From: Candidatus Woesearchaeota archaeon
Lineage (GTDB): Archaea; Nanobdellota; Nanobdellia; Pacearchaeales; GW2011-AR1
DNA: 60,862 bases
Assembly: GCA_964358765.1 (NCBI GenBank)
Contig: CAYHPN010000002.1
Location: 1 to 60,862 of the forward strand
Direction: 5' to 3'
The notes beneath the pieces are model-generated. The model was not told the DNA's origin. It made no database searches and saw only the letters and a program-made list of their open reading frames with translations. A program made the translations under genes and the position numbers. Positions 8,274-18,432 of this stretch are shown here, piece after piece (position 1 is the first letter of the stretch; every line of letters begins with the position of its first letter).

Positions 8274-11200
8274 ATGTTTAGAGATTTATTTGAGAGAGTA
8301 AGGTATTCTGCAGTCGTATTTTTAATTGCAATAGTTATTGTTCTTAGTTTTTTTTCTATAGCACAAGAGAAAATTAATGAAGATACAAAAATTGATAATC
8401 AGGTCGCAAACGAGGAAGTTGAAGGAAGTTCTTTAACTTTTGAAGAAGATGAGAAAATTTTAGATGTTGCAGAGGAAAATGCAGTTATAGAACAGGACGA
8501 CTCAGTTTTAATAAATATTGATAATATTAACAATTATTCTCTTGACGAAGAGGAAAATTTTAGTCTTGATACAAATGATCAAAGTATTGAGGATAATAAA
8601 ACCAGGAATGCTGAGGAAAGTAAAGATGATTTAGAACAAAAAGAGACTGATTATGAATACATAGATATTAAAAATATTAGTGAAGACCAAAATGAACCTG
8701 AAAATGAGGTTAAAGAAGAGTCGGAAGTTGATGAAGAAGATAAAATGAAAGGTATAGTCTCTTTTAAAGGTGGAAAAATAATATATGAATTAGAAATAGA
8801 AGAAAGTAAATTTGAAGAAACAAGATCAATTTTAGATCATTTAAAAATTAATGAAACTAACACTACAGAGGATGGAGAATATAAAAAAGAAGTTAAATTG
8901 AGTAGTGAAGATCATTTAGATAATGAGTTTACTTACTATTCAGAAATAATAGAAATTGAAAATCTCAAGGAAAAAGATATTAAAATATATTGGGAGGAAA
9001 ACGAGACATTTATTGATGTTTCTGAATCTTTTGATAATAATGAAAATGGTTTAATTGATAGAATATCTTGGATTGTACCTCACTTGTCTAATCAGACTTT
9101 TATAATTATGATTAATCTGAATAAGATTGAGAGTACTAATGCTACTGCAATTTTATTAGATGTTTTAAGTGCTCCATTTGGAAATGTAAATAAAACTGAA
9201 GTTTACTTTAATTTTAGTGTTGTATATTATAATTCATCATTAGTTGTATGTAATTTTAATTTAGAAAAAGAGGGGAGCATTATAAAGAGCGAGAATTTCT
9301 CCATAGATTCAATATATGGTTGGAATCTTGAAAATGGGAATTATTCATGGGAAACTCTTTGCAATGATATTAATAATGACAGTATTAGAAATTCAACAAT
9401 CAGGAATTTTACTATAAACTTTGATTATACTCCTATAATTGAATTTAATGTGGATAAGACAACTATTGCACTTGGTGAAATTGTTAATTTTACTGTTAAT
9501 GTTTCTGCTTTGGTAAATAGCAGTATTAATTACACCTTATTTTACGGAGATGTTGGCATTTATGCATTTTTTAATGAAAATAAAAAGAATGTTTTTGATA
9601 TTAGGCAACACCAATATGGTAACCAAGGAACATTTAATGTTATATTAAAAGTATATTTTGAAGGAAGCAATATTCCTATAGAGAGAACTAAAAGTATTCT
9701 TGTTAACGCACAGAATGAAACTGAAAAACCTAAAATTTACTTATTGGAACCTAGCGATAATGAAAATATTAATGGTGATAATTTAAACTTATCTTATAGG
9801 GCATATGATAATACTAATCTAAGCAACTGTACTTTAAGCATATTTTATTATAATAATAGTCAAATTGGGACGTTAGTTTATTCGAATATTAATATAACTA
9901 TTAAGAATAATGATACTGTTAACATTAGTTTAGAAGATTTTGATGATGGAGAGCATTCTTGGGATGTTGGATGTTATGATGTTTTTGGAAATTACAGAGA
10001 AGAAAATAGAGATTTTGAAATTAATTTAGATGATGTTGAAACTCTCGAAAGCTCAAATAGTGCAAATCAAGAAGCACTGAATAAAATAGTTGAACTAAAT
10101 GCAAGTTACGAAGGAAAAGAAGAGGTAGAAAGCGCAATTGATAAAATTAACGACTTTTTTATAAAATATGATAAATTTTCCTTAGAAGAAAAAGAAGCTA
10201 TTGAGGATCTTGGGATAAAAGACAATCTTGATTTCAAGAAGAAGAGACTACTACAAGTTAAAGTAGATTTAGAACATAACATAGATTATATTGGAACTGA
10301 GCAAGCAAGGAATAATAGAAGAGAAGAAGTTTTGAGAGAAATAGAAAATATTACTAATCAGATCCCAGAAAATGTTAGAGTCATTAAAAGCAAAGAATAT
10401 TACAAAAATAGCCTCGAATTTGATTTTGAGAATATAATTAATGCTTATGTAGTTTTCAATAAATTGACTCTGAGTAATAAACAAAAGGAAATAATCTCGT
10501 CTAATAATGAAAGAATTCAAAAAGATATAATCATTTCAGCTAAAGCTAAACAGCTAGAGCTTGAATATGATGAAAATATAGATAAAATAACATTAGTAAG
10601 TAAAAATATAGAAATAAAAAATGATTCTTTTGAGAGTATTATTGAATTTATTCCTAAAGAAATAATTCAAAGTGCTATTTCTGTAATCTTTGTAAATAAA
10701 GCGCAAATTATAAAAGAAAAAGAGATATTTGAGATAAAAAAAGATGAATTAAAAGAAGGAAAGCTCGTGTATTATATTAAAGAGATAATTGATTTAGACC
10801 AAATAGAAAAAACCGATACATTATCCTTTAATTTGAATATTCCTCAAGAAGGATTAAATGGTATAACTGGTTTTGTTGGATTTGTATCAGGAAATGGAGA
10901 AAGGAATATAGGGTTCTATCTTGGCTGGATACTTGCAGGCTTGTTCACAATTTATTTAGCTATTTTTGGGATAAAGAAAACAAAACTAAAGATCTGGAAG
11001 AAAGATGAGAGTGTTAGAGAAATTTATAAGGCTATGCAAGAAATAAAAAGGGCACTAAAGAATAAAGAAATAGAGAAAGCTAGAGAAGGTTATAACAAAA
11101 TCAAAACACATTATGTCAAAATTCCTGCACATTGCAGAAAAGAAATATATAAGGAAATTGAAAAAGCAAGAATTGAGATAGACCGCAAGGATATAGGCAT

Positions 11201-11366
11201 GCTTGTGAAAGAGTTTAACTTGTGTGTAAAAGAACAAAGAAAAAGTGATGCTTTGATATTATATGATAAAATAAGCAAAACTTATAAGAATCTGCCTAAT
11301 AAGTACAGAAAAAAAATATATGATAAAATTATGCCTTTGTATAATGAATTGATGAAAAAAGTATAG
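8274..11366 (+). CDS. Large membrane-anchored surface protein (PHLS module, Ig/PKD-like domains, coiled coil, TM, duplicated cytoplasmic helical module)
   Basis: N-terminal hydrophobic segment, acidic linker, WIVPHLSNQTFII shared with the 3991-aa protein, Cys-paired Ig repeats. The C-terminal half is paralogous to 16281..18350 (IPEN, IIExIP motifs). Confidence 0.85.
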   Translation: MFRDLFERVRYSAVVFLIAIVIVLSFFSIAQEKINEDTKIDNQVANEEVEGSSLTFEEDEKILDVAEENAVIEQDDSVLINIDNINNYSLDEEENFSLDTNDQSIEDNKTRNAEESKDDLEQKETDYEYIDIKNISEDQNEPENEVKEESEVDEEDKMKGIVSFKGGKIIYELEIEESKFEETRSILDHLKINETNTTEDGEYKKEVKLSSEDHLDNEFTYYSEIIEIENLKEKDIKIYWEENETFIDVSESFDNNENGLIDRISWIVPHLSNQTFIIMINLNKIESTNATAILLDVLSAPFGNVNKTEVYFNFSVVYYNSSLVVCNFNLEKEGSIIKSENFSIDSIYGWNLENGNYSWETLCNDINNDSIRNSTIRNFTINFDYTPIIEFNVDKTTIALGEIVNFTVNVSALVNSSINYTLFYGDVGIYAFFNENKKNVFDIRQHQYGNQGTFNVILKVYFEGSNIPIERTKSILVNAQNETEKPKIYLLEPSDNENINGDNLNLSYRAYDNTNLSNCTLSIFYYNNSQIGTLVYSNINITIKNNDTVNISLEDFDDGEHSWDVGCYDVFGNYREENRDFEINLDDVETLESSNSANQEALNKIVELNASYEGKEEVESAIDKINDFFIKYDKFSLEEKEAIEDLGIKDNLDFKKKRLLQVKVDLEHNIDYIGTEQARNNRREEVLREIENITNQIPENVRVIKSKEYYKNSLEFDFENIINAYVVFNKLTLSNKQKEIISSNNERIQKDIIISAKAKQLELEYDENIDKITLVSKNIEIKNDSFESIIEFIPKEIIQSAISVIFVNKAQIIKEKEIFEIKKDELKEGKLVYYIKEIIDLDQIEKTDTLSFNLNIPQEGLNGITGFVGFVSGNGERNIGFYLGWILAGLFTIYLAIFGIKKTKLKIWKKDESVREIYKAMQEIKRALKNKEIEKAREGYNKIKTHYVKIPAHCRKEIYKEIEKARIEIDRKDIGMLVKEFNLCVKEQRKSDALILYDKISKTYKNLPNKYRKKIYDKIMPLYNELMKKV

Positions 11367-11410
11367 ATTTATGTGAACTTTTGTTCTCAGATACTATGAA
11401 TATACTTACT

Positions 11411-11941
11411 TTAGCTTCTTTCCCAGATTACTTTCTTACTTATATCGAAAAGTCCGAGATTTTGCAGATCCTGGTATTGCTTTTCAGGCATTTCTACATA
11501 TTGAATTCTGAAATTGTGCTTATTTTTGATCTCATCTATTAATCGGTTAAGTTTCTCCTTGGAAATTGAGTCTCCAACAATTAAGATCTTTGCACTATTG
11601 CTTGTTTTGGTTTCTAATATAATTTTCTTAACTTTAAGGTTTGATTTTACACGATCTATAAATTCTGAAAGATGATCTTCTTTTTTAAGTATTTTTGAGA
11701 GATATATTGTCTTCTCACTTTGTTTTTGTTTATAAAATTTAGATTTTCCTATTAAAGTTATCTCTATTATCTCGTTTTTTACCAACTTATCAAGCACCCT
11801 AAGAGTTGTAGTGATATTTACGCGGGATTCTTCAGAAACTTCGCTTAAGGAGAACTTCCGCTCAGAGTTTGAAAGGAACAAATCTATAATAGATATTATT
11901 TTTTCATCAAATATTTTTCTTAAAACCTCGATTTCATCCAT
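11411..11941 (-). CDS. Winged-HTH transcriptional regulator with a C-terminal degenerate nucleotidyltransferase-like domain (start ATG 11941 preferred over 11989)
   Basis: FSLSEVSEESRVNITTTLRVLDKLVKNEII...GKSKFY. It is divergent from the A2-A4-B1 operon. Confidence 0.8.
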   Translation of the reverse strand: MDEIEVLRKIFDEKIISIIDLFLSNSERKFSLSEVSEESRVNITTTLRVLDKLVKNEIIEITLIGKSKFYKQKQSEKTIYLSKILKKEDHLSEFIDRVKSNLKVKKIILETKTSNSAKILIVGDSISKEKLNRLIDEIKNKHNFRIQYVEMPEKQYQDLQNLGLFDISKKVIWERS

Positions 11942-12062
11942 AAGACCATTTAATAGAAATGCCTTTATAAACATTTCATTTGAAAACAAATTACTTGCTT
12001 AAATATTAAAATTATATTCGATAATTATATTTTTTTATGAAAACAAAAAATCATTTTTAATA

Positions 12063-12100
12063 TATATTTTCATTTTTGAAAATATAGAAAGGTTTATAAA
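12063..12100 (+). promoter_or_regulatory. Perfect 10-4-10 inverted repeat followed by BRE/TATA
   Basis: TATATTTTCA-TTTT-TGAAAATATA (12063-12086), then GAAAGG TTTATAAA (12087-12100), upstream of ATG 12148. Confidence 0.7.
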
Positions 12101-12147
12101 GTACTCAATATTAGGTATAACAATTATTAAGAGAGTGTGATTAAAAA

Positions 12148-12951
12148 ATGAGGACAAAAGAAATTATCTTGTTTGGTAGTGTTTTGATCGTATTAGGATT
12201 ACTTGTTATTTTGCCTTTAGTTAGAGCTATTACTCCAACTGGTTCATCAGTTACACCTGGTACACCGCAAACGACTCAAGCAGATACTGCTGGAAATGAT
12301 AGTGCTTTTGCAGGAAATACAACATTTATAGCAATAACTGCTTTCTCATCTACCCAGACTTGGCAGGGCTATTTTGGAAACGTTTCTGGCGTTATTCAAT
12401 TAGCTGATAATAGTGATAATGTTATTTATAATTGGACTTTAGCTGAACCATCTGGAGAGGTTTATGCGTCTACGAACTCAAGTGTTTCCTGGCCATTTAT
12501 TCAGTGCTTTAATTTTTCAGCAAACGGTACAGGTTCTGCAAGTGGAGAAACTGCAGGTGGGACAAATGTTAAAGGAGTTAATTTAACCGTACTAGAATCT
12601 AGTTTTGGAATTTTAACAGATGATGTAGATGGAGTAAATGAAACTTTCTCTTTCACTCCAGCAGGGGATGGTCATGATCTATTTTATACAGCTAACTTAC
12701 AATTCTCAGCTGGAGAATGTTTAAGTACCAAGAATTATAATAGCGGTGGAACACCTGCAGCTAATAATTTTGAAGAAGTTTTGTTGTTTGAGCCAGTTAC
12801 TTCAAGCTTAGTATTCGCTTCTATTTTGGAAGAAGGAACTTTAAATGGGTTTAATGGACAGGACAATGATTTTGAGATGCTAGTGCTTGAAAACGGACAC
12901 GGTACAGATACTTCAACCACTACATATTACTTTTTTGTAGAACTTGAGTAA
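12148..12951 (+). CDS. Secreted module-A protein A2
   Basis: Signal peptide ending VRA, then AGNTTFIAI..TWQGYFGNVSG..GEVYASTN..DFEMLVLE..YYFFVELE. Confidence 0.9.
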   Translation: MRTKEIILFGSVLIVLGLLVILPLVRAITPTGSSVTPGTPQTTQADTAGNDSAFAGNTTFIAITAFSSTQTWQGYFGNVSGVIQLADNSDNVIYNWTLAEPSGEVYASTNSSVSWPFIQCFNFSANGTGSASGETAGGTNVKGVNLTVLESSFGILTDDVDGVNETFSFTPAGDGHDLFYTANLQFSAGECLSTKNYNSGGTPAANNFEEVLLFEPVTSSLVFASILEEGTLNGFNGQDNDFEMLVLENGHGTDTSTTTYYFFVELE

Positions 12952-12966
12952 AAGAGGAAAGGAAAA

Positions 12967-13767
12967 ATGCAAAATGATAAGAATAAAAAAAAAACAAATT
13001 TGTGGAAGGAAGGGAATAGACGTTTTGTAAACAGGATATTTTTCGTCCTAGTTTTTGCTTTTATCTATGTTTTTGCATTTTTTAATTTAGCTTTGGTCGA
13101 GGCAGCACCTCAAGGCCCTGCAAGTATTTCAGTAGACGCTAATGAAACAAAAGGAAGCACTTCTGGGATTCTCTTAAACATTTCTGGAGGAAGAATTGCA
13201 ACAATAAACATAACTGCTGATCAGCAAAATCCAAGATGGAAAGGTTTTGTAGGACAGGTTATTGGTACATTTACCTTAGATGATTCATCGAGTTCAACTT
13301 TATATGATTGGACCATGACTAATGTTGGAGGAGAAGTTTATGCCACTAGAAATGCTTCAACGCCAACATGGACAAATATTAGATGTGCAAATAATACTCT
13401 TTTAGAAAATGAGAATCTTTTATTAAATCATTCAAATGCAAATGATAATATAACAAAGACTTTTAATGGAACAACTCATGTTTCCTTTGTTGTTGGATCA
13501 GTAACAATCCCTGCAAATAATTGTTCTACATTAAATACATACAAATCAAATACAACACAGGACACTGATTTTGAAGAAATGGTTTTAACAGATCAGACTA
13601 ATTTCTCTATTCCAAATTATGCTAATTTAATTTATGCCACAATCATGGAATCAAATGTCGTAGGTTTTGATGATAATACTTATGATTTTCAAATGATTGT
13701 CCCTGAAATTGGTCTTGACGGCTATACGAGCGCAACTGCATATTACCTATATGTTGAACTGAGTTAA
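12967..13767 (+). CDS. Secreted module-A protein A4 (divergent paralog)
   Basis: Signal peptide, then GGRIATINI..RWKGFVGQV..GEVYATRN..YDFQMIVPE..YYLYVELS. Confidence 0.88.
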   Translation: MQNDKNKKKTNLWKEGNRRFVNRIFFVLVFAFIYVFAFFNLALVEAAPQGPASISVDANETKGSTSGILLNISGGRIATINITADQQNPRWKGFVGQVIGTFTLDDSSSSTLYDWTMTNVGGEVYATRNASTPTWTNIRCANNTLLENENLLLNHSNANDNITKTFNGTTHVSFVVGSVTIPANNCSTLNTYKSNTTQDTDFEEMVLTDQTNFSIPNYANLIYATIMESNVVGFDDNTYDFQMIVPEIGLDGYTSATAYYLYVELS

Positions 13768-13769
13768 AG

Positions 13770-14765
13770 ATGATAAAAAATGATTGGGGGGGAAAAATTG
13801 AGAAGTTTGCCAGAAGACTGTTTTTTTTAGAGCTAACTTTATTTGTTTTTCTTTTGGTCGCTCTTTTTACTCCAAATATAATGAATGTTGCAGGAGTTGT
13901 TGGAGCGAATAATGTTACTGTAAGGACAACTTTAAATGTTGGGCAAGTTGCTCCTGATATTCTTAGCATCATTGTTAATGGAGGAAATACCATATCTTTG
14001 AGCCCCAATACAACAACTAACGTGACTGTTTACGTTGTAGCTAGAGACTATAATAATGAAAGCGATATAATTAATATCAGCTTGAGATTCTTTGACAATG
14101 TGAATTCTTCATATACCCACGCTAGCGACAATAATAATCATTATAGGAACAATGGATGCACTATAGACATTTCATATGGGGATGAGTATGAAATTAATGC
14201 AACATGTATAGTTGGATTATGGTATTATGCAAATAATGCAACATGGAATGCTACCATTAATGTTACAGATAACTCTACTAGAACAGCCGTTGGTAGTAAT
14301 ACATCAACAGTTAATATTTTATTGGGAATTGGATTGCCGGATTCTATAGATTATGGCACTGTTAATGCTACTGAAGTCTCTTTAGAACAAGTAGCAAATG
14401 TAACTAATTTTGGAAATACTATATTTAACTTGACACTAGATGGGTATGCAAGGAATAGATATGACAACTTTTCAATGAACTGCACCAGAGGAAATATTCA
14501 GAATATATCTATATGGTATGAGAAATACAATTTGAATGTTTCAAATACAAGTATGTTAAGTTTGGCACAATTTGAGAGTATTTATATTAACCTTACTTCT
14601 GCACCTGTAACTAAAACATTTAATCTTTTGCAAAGATATAACGATACATCTCCTTATTTAGATGATACTAATGCAAGTTATTGGAGAATGTATGTTCCTG
14701 TCGGTGTAGCTGGCACTTGCAGTGGAAATATTGTATTTGGCGCCGTTCAGGCAACTGGATCATAA
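13770..14765 (+). CDS. Secreted two-domain module-B protein B1 (Ig-like plus pilin/WxL-like C-terminal domain)
   Basis: Hydrophobic N-terminus, DNNNHY motif, C-terminal YWRMYVPVGVAGTCSGNIVFGA. It is homologous to the C-terminal ~280 aa of 18433..20301. Confidence 0.85.
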   Translation: MIKNDWGGKIEKFARRLFFLELTLFVFLLVALFTPNIMNVAGVVGANNVTVRTTLNVGQVAPDILSIIVNGGNTISLSPNTTTNVTVYVVARDYNNESDIINISLRFFDNVNSSYTHASDNNNHYRNNGCTIDISYGDEYEINATCIVGLWYYANNATWNATINVTDNSTRTAVGSNTSTVNILLGIGLPDSIDYGTVNATEVSLEQVANVTNFGNTIFNLTLDGYARNRYDNFSMNCTRGNIQNISIWYEKYNLNVSNTSMLSLAQFESIYINLTSAPVTKTFNLLQRYNDTSPYLDDTNASYWRMYVPVGVAGTCSGNIVFGAVQATGS

Positions 14766-14882
14766 GAGAGGTTAATTTTTTTCGAAGAAGATTCTTCGTT
14801 GGATTTATTTTGTAGATATATTTATAAAGCATAGGTGTCTTAAAAGTATATAATAAGTAAATTATAAATATACTAAAAGATT

Positions 14883-15083
14883 ATGAAAAGTGACTTAAAA
14901 GTGGCTGAAAAGATAAAAGAGGCTAAAAAAGAAATTAGAAAAGAAAAAATCCCAATTACATTTAACCAAGAGCAATTAAAGATGATCGAGGAAATGGGAG
15001 GAATTCTGGGCAATACAAAAGCTGAAATTATTAGGAACATAGTGATTAATTGGATTATCGAGAAGAAAGGTGGATTAAAATGA
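14883..15083 (+). CDS. CopG/RHH-family regulator
   Basis: IPITFNQEQLKMIEEMGGILGNTKAEIIRNIVINW. Its stop overlaps ATG 15080. Confidence 0.75.
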   Translation: MKSDLKVAEKIKEAKKEIRKEKIPITFNQEQLKMIEEMGGILGNTKAEIIRNIVINWIIEKKGGLK

Positions 15084-16279
15084 AATATATAAAAGTACTC
15101 GTCTTAATATTTATTTTTTCGATAATGATTAAAAATGTTTTTGCCGGCCCTATAGTTGGTATAAGTCCGGGGGTTTTAGATTATAAAAATGTATTAAGAG
15201 GAGGATATTCCCAAAAATTTATTATTGTGACTTTAAGCAGTGATGAAGAAATAAAAGTAAGTCTAGAAGGAAGAGGTGAAATTGCAAATTGGCTTAATTT
15301 CCCAAAAAATTTAACAATATCTAAGAGCAAACCTGCAAGAATCCCAATTGAAGTTTCCCCTCCTTTTGATATACCTAATGGAAACTATAAAGGATTTGTA
15401 AGTGTTTTTACTGAACCATTGACAAAACCTGGAGAGGAGGGTTCAGCCACTGGAGTTGTAAGAGCTGAATTATTAGTTGCAGTCAATGTGGAGATTACAG
15501 ATGTTGAAATAAGACAATGCAGCAGCGGCAGTTACAGAGTTTATTCTGCAGAAAAAGGAGATGATATAAAATTTGAGGCGAGGATTACAAATCTAGGGAA
15601 TATCAGAATGAATCCTACAATAAATGTAAATATCTGGGATGAGGAACAATTAGAAATTGTTAAAAGTTTTGCATTTAAAGGAAAAGAAATACTCCCAACG
15701 CATGAAGAAGGAATTAATTTTAGCACAAAAAGCGATGAACTGGAGATAGGGCAGTACTGGGCGGAAATAAAAGTTGATGATTGCTATTCTACAGATATTT
15801 TAACATTTGATGTACTGGAAGAAGGAGCATTAAAATCTGAAGGAGTACTAATAAGGATTTTTGCAACACCATTTGACGTTGAAACAGGCCAGACAATACC
15901 AATAACTGCAGATTTTCAAAATATAGGAGAAAAAGAGATTTCTGCACAATTTAAAGGCCAGATAAAGAAGGATGGAAATATAATTCAAGTTCTAGAAAGT
16001 GAAAAAACAAGCGTCATAAAAAATGAAATCACAAAGTTTACATTTTATTTCACGCCTAAGGAAGAAGGCAAGTATGTAGTGAGCGGGAGAGTATTTTATG
16101 ATAAAAAAAGAACTTTTGAACTCAGTACTATTATAAATGCAATACAAAGCAACTTTTTGAAGAAAACAGGCATGGTTATAATTTATTTGGCAATTTTATT
16201 GATTATTATAATATTATTTATTAAAATACGAAATGAAAAGAAAAGATACCTCCATAAATTAAGAATGATAAGATCATAA
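15080..16279 (+). CDS. Membrane-anchored three-Ig-domain protein, DUF916/PapD-chaperone-like
   Basis: The start at 15080 (ATGA overlap) gives a clean signal peptide. Motifs VGISPGVL..W..IEVSPPFDIPNGNYKG and TNLGNIRMNP; C-terminal TM plus basic tail. Confidence 0.75.
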   Translation: MKYIKVLVLIFIFSIMIKNVFAGPIVGISPGVLDYKNVLRGGYSQKFIIVTLSSDEEIKVSLEGRGEIANWLNFPKNLTISKSKPARIPIEVSPPFDIPNGNYKGFVSVFTEPLTKPGEEGSATGVVRAELLVAVNVEITDVEIRQCSSGSYRVYSAEKGDDIKFEARITNLGNIRMNPTINVNIWDEEQLEIVKSFAFKGKEILPTHEEGINFSTKSDELEIGQYWAEIKVDDCYSTDILTFDVLEEGALKSEGVLIRIFATPFDVETGQTIPITADFQNIGEKEISAQFKGQIKKDGNIIQVLESEKTSVIKNEITKFTFYFTPKEEGKYVVSGRVFYDKKRTFELSTIINAIQSNFLKKTGMVIIYLAILLIIIILFIKIRNEKKRYLHKLRMIRS

Positions 16280-16280
16280 A

Positions 16281-18350
16281 ATGAAGAACATAATAATAAA
16301 TAAAAAAATATTTTTAATATTCTTAATTGTATTTATGATTAGTGCAGTAAAAGCCAACCTATTAATCTATAATTTTAACACTTCAGTTGAAAATGATGCC
16401 AGCATAAATAATAATGAAATAATTAGATCTGAAGAAATATTGATACAAATAAACACGGATAAAGAAGGAGTTTGCAAATACTCCACTAACAAAGGAAAAT
16501 CTTATACAAATATGGAAGGAAATTTTGAATATGATTATAATGCCGTCCATAAAATGACTTTGACGGACTTAAATGAAGGTATTTACAAATATTATATCAA
16601 GTGCAGAGATAAGAATAATATTGAAAGCAAAGAACTAGAAATTATTTTCAGCGTTTATCTTGGAGTAAGTGCAAAAATTGTAATTGAACAAGGAGAAATT
16701 TTAAATGAGGGAAAAATAGAAGTAAAACTAATAACTTCCAAAATAGTTTCTCAACCTCCAGTACTTAGCTATTCTTTGGATAGTACTAGTTATGCAAATA
16801 TACCTTTAATAGGTGAAAAAACAGAGTGGAAAGGATATTTTATACTTCCAAAACTAGATGATGAAAAAGTAGGATCTTTTAAATTCTCTGCAAGGGATCT
16901 GGAAGGGAATATTGGAACAGAAATTAGTGAAGGTGAACTTTTTATAGTAGATAGTGTTAAACCTAGCACAATTTACGATTTAAGAGCAACAGGAAGAGAT
17001 GGAGTAATAGATTTAAACTGGATTCTTGATGAAGAGATAGAAGACTTCAATTTGTATAGGTCAATATCTCCCGATGTACAAAAATCTGATTTTTATAAAA
17101 TGGTTGCTGGAAAATCATATATCGATACAAATGTTGAGAGAGGCAAGACTTACTATTATAAAATAAGCGGTATTGATGAAGCTGGAAACGAAGGAGATCT
17201 TTCTATAGAAGTATATGCTACGGCATTGCTTGATAGTACCAGTGTTATTCCTTCTGGATTAGACCTGCGATTTTATGGAATAATAGACTCATTAAAGAAT
17301 GAAATTGATATGACAATTGAAGAGTCTAATTCGATAAAAGAAAAATTTAAACAAAGACCAGAAATAGAAAGGACAATATATGTTGATTTTAAGCTGGAAA
17401 GGGATATTGATTCGGCAATTAATGAACTTGATGCATTAATAAAAGAAATTGACAATTACAAAACTCAAAATCTGGATAAAAATGAAATAGATAAAAAACT
17501 TAATAATGCAAAATTGAAATTTAATACTATAAAAAAGAAAATACCTGAAAACTTGTTTTTAATTGATGAAAAGGCTATTGAAAAAACTTTTAATGATGAG
17601 GACTTGACAAAATTAATACTAAGTTTAGATCCTTTAGTTGAAATTTCATTTTTAACAAAAAAAATAAAGAAAATTAATGAAATTGCAAAAAATGATGAAT
17701 TTAAAGTTAAAATTGAGGGGAAAAATCTTGAGATTTCATACCTCGATGGTACGAGAAAAAAATATGCATTAATAAAAGAAAAAATTTCTGGAAAACTGGA
17801 AAATAATGAAAACAACTCCATAATAGAAATAATCCCAAGCAGCATAGAAGAAAAAATCTCAAACATTGATATTAAAAATGTAAATTATGAAATATTAAAT
17901 GAGGAAGGAATTGTTAGTTTTGACCATAATACAAAAGAAATATCCTATTCATTTGAGAAGAATATTGACTTGAATAATCTAGAGGATATTAAGACATTAC
18001 CTTATATTGATTTGCAAGACCAAAAAAGCAATAGCGCTTTAACAGGTTATCTAAGTTTTGTAACTACTAAAGACAATTCTTTTTTTGGAATAGTTATAGG
18101 CTTAATATTTGCCTCATTTTTATTAATTTACTTATTTTTAGACAGGAAAAAAAGAAAAATTGAGGAAAACTTGTTTTTAATGAGAAAAAAAATCCACAAT
18201 ACAAGAGAAAAAATAATTGAGGGTATGAAGAATGATGCAATTAAATCGTATAGTTTAATTTCTCAGGAATATAAAAGCCTGGGGAATAGAGAAAAGAGGG
18301 CAATTTATGGTGAAATCGAAGAGTTATACAGGAAAATTAAAGAAAATTAA
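16281..18350 (+). CDS. Membrane-anchored FN3/Ig surface protein with coiled coil and cytoplasmic helical module
   Basis: FN3 signature LNW..FNLYRS..YIDTNVERGKTYYYKISGIDEAGNEG, TM, and tail AIKSYSLISQEYKSL..IYGEIEELY. Confidence 0.85.
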   Translation: MKNIIINKKIFLIFLIVFMISAVKANLLIYNFNTSVENDASINNNEIIRSEEILIQINTDKEGVCKYSTNKGKSYTNMEGNFEYDYNAVHKMTLTDLNEGIYKYYIKCRDKNNIESKELEIIFSVYLGVSAKIVIEQGEILNEGKIEVKLITSKIVSQPPVLSYSLDSTSYANIPLIGEKTEWKGYFILPKLDDEKVGSFKFSARDLEGNIGTEISEGELFIVDSVKPSTIYDLRATGRDGVIDLNWILDEEIEDFNLYRSISPDVQKSDFYKMVAGKSYIDTNVERGKTYYYKISGIDEAGNEGDLSIEVYATALLDSTSVIPSGLDLRFYGIIDSLKNEIDMTIEESNSIKEKFKQRPEIERTIYVDFKLERDIDSAINELDALIKEIDNYKTQNLDKNEIDKKLNNAKLKFNTIKKKIPENLFLIDEKAIEKTFNDEDLTKLILSLDPLVEISFLTKKIKKINEIAKNDEFKVKIEGKNLEISYLDGTRKKYALIKEKISGKLENNENNSIIEIIPSSIEEKISNIDIKNVNYEILNEEGIVSFDHNTKEISYSFEKNIDLNNLEDIKTLPYIDLQDQKSNSALTGYLSFVTTKDNSFFGIVIGLIFASFLLIYLFLDRKKRKIEENLFLMRKKIHNTREKIIEGMKNDAIKSYSLISQEYKSLGNREKRAIYGEIEELYRKIKEN

Positions 18351-18432
18351 ACTTATTGATTTAACTAATAGTGTTAATTATCTTATTAGGCAATTTGCAG
18401 TAATAGTAATACGGTCAGATAAATTACCTCTA

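Noticed and set aside
18359-18370. ATTTAACTAATA also present at 21769-21780 as a shared operator
   Set aside because: A nearly all-AT 12-mer is expected by chance in such AT-rich DNA.
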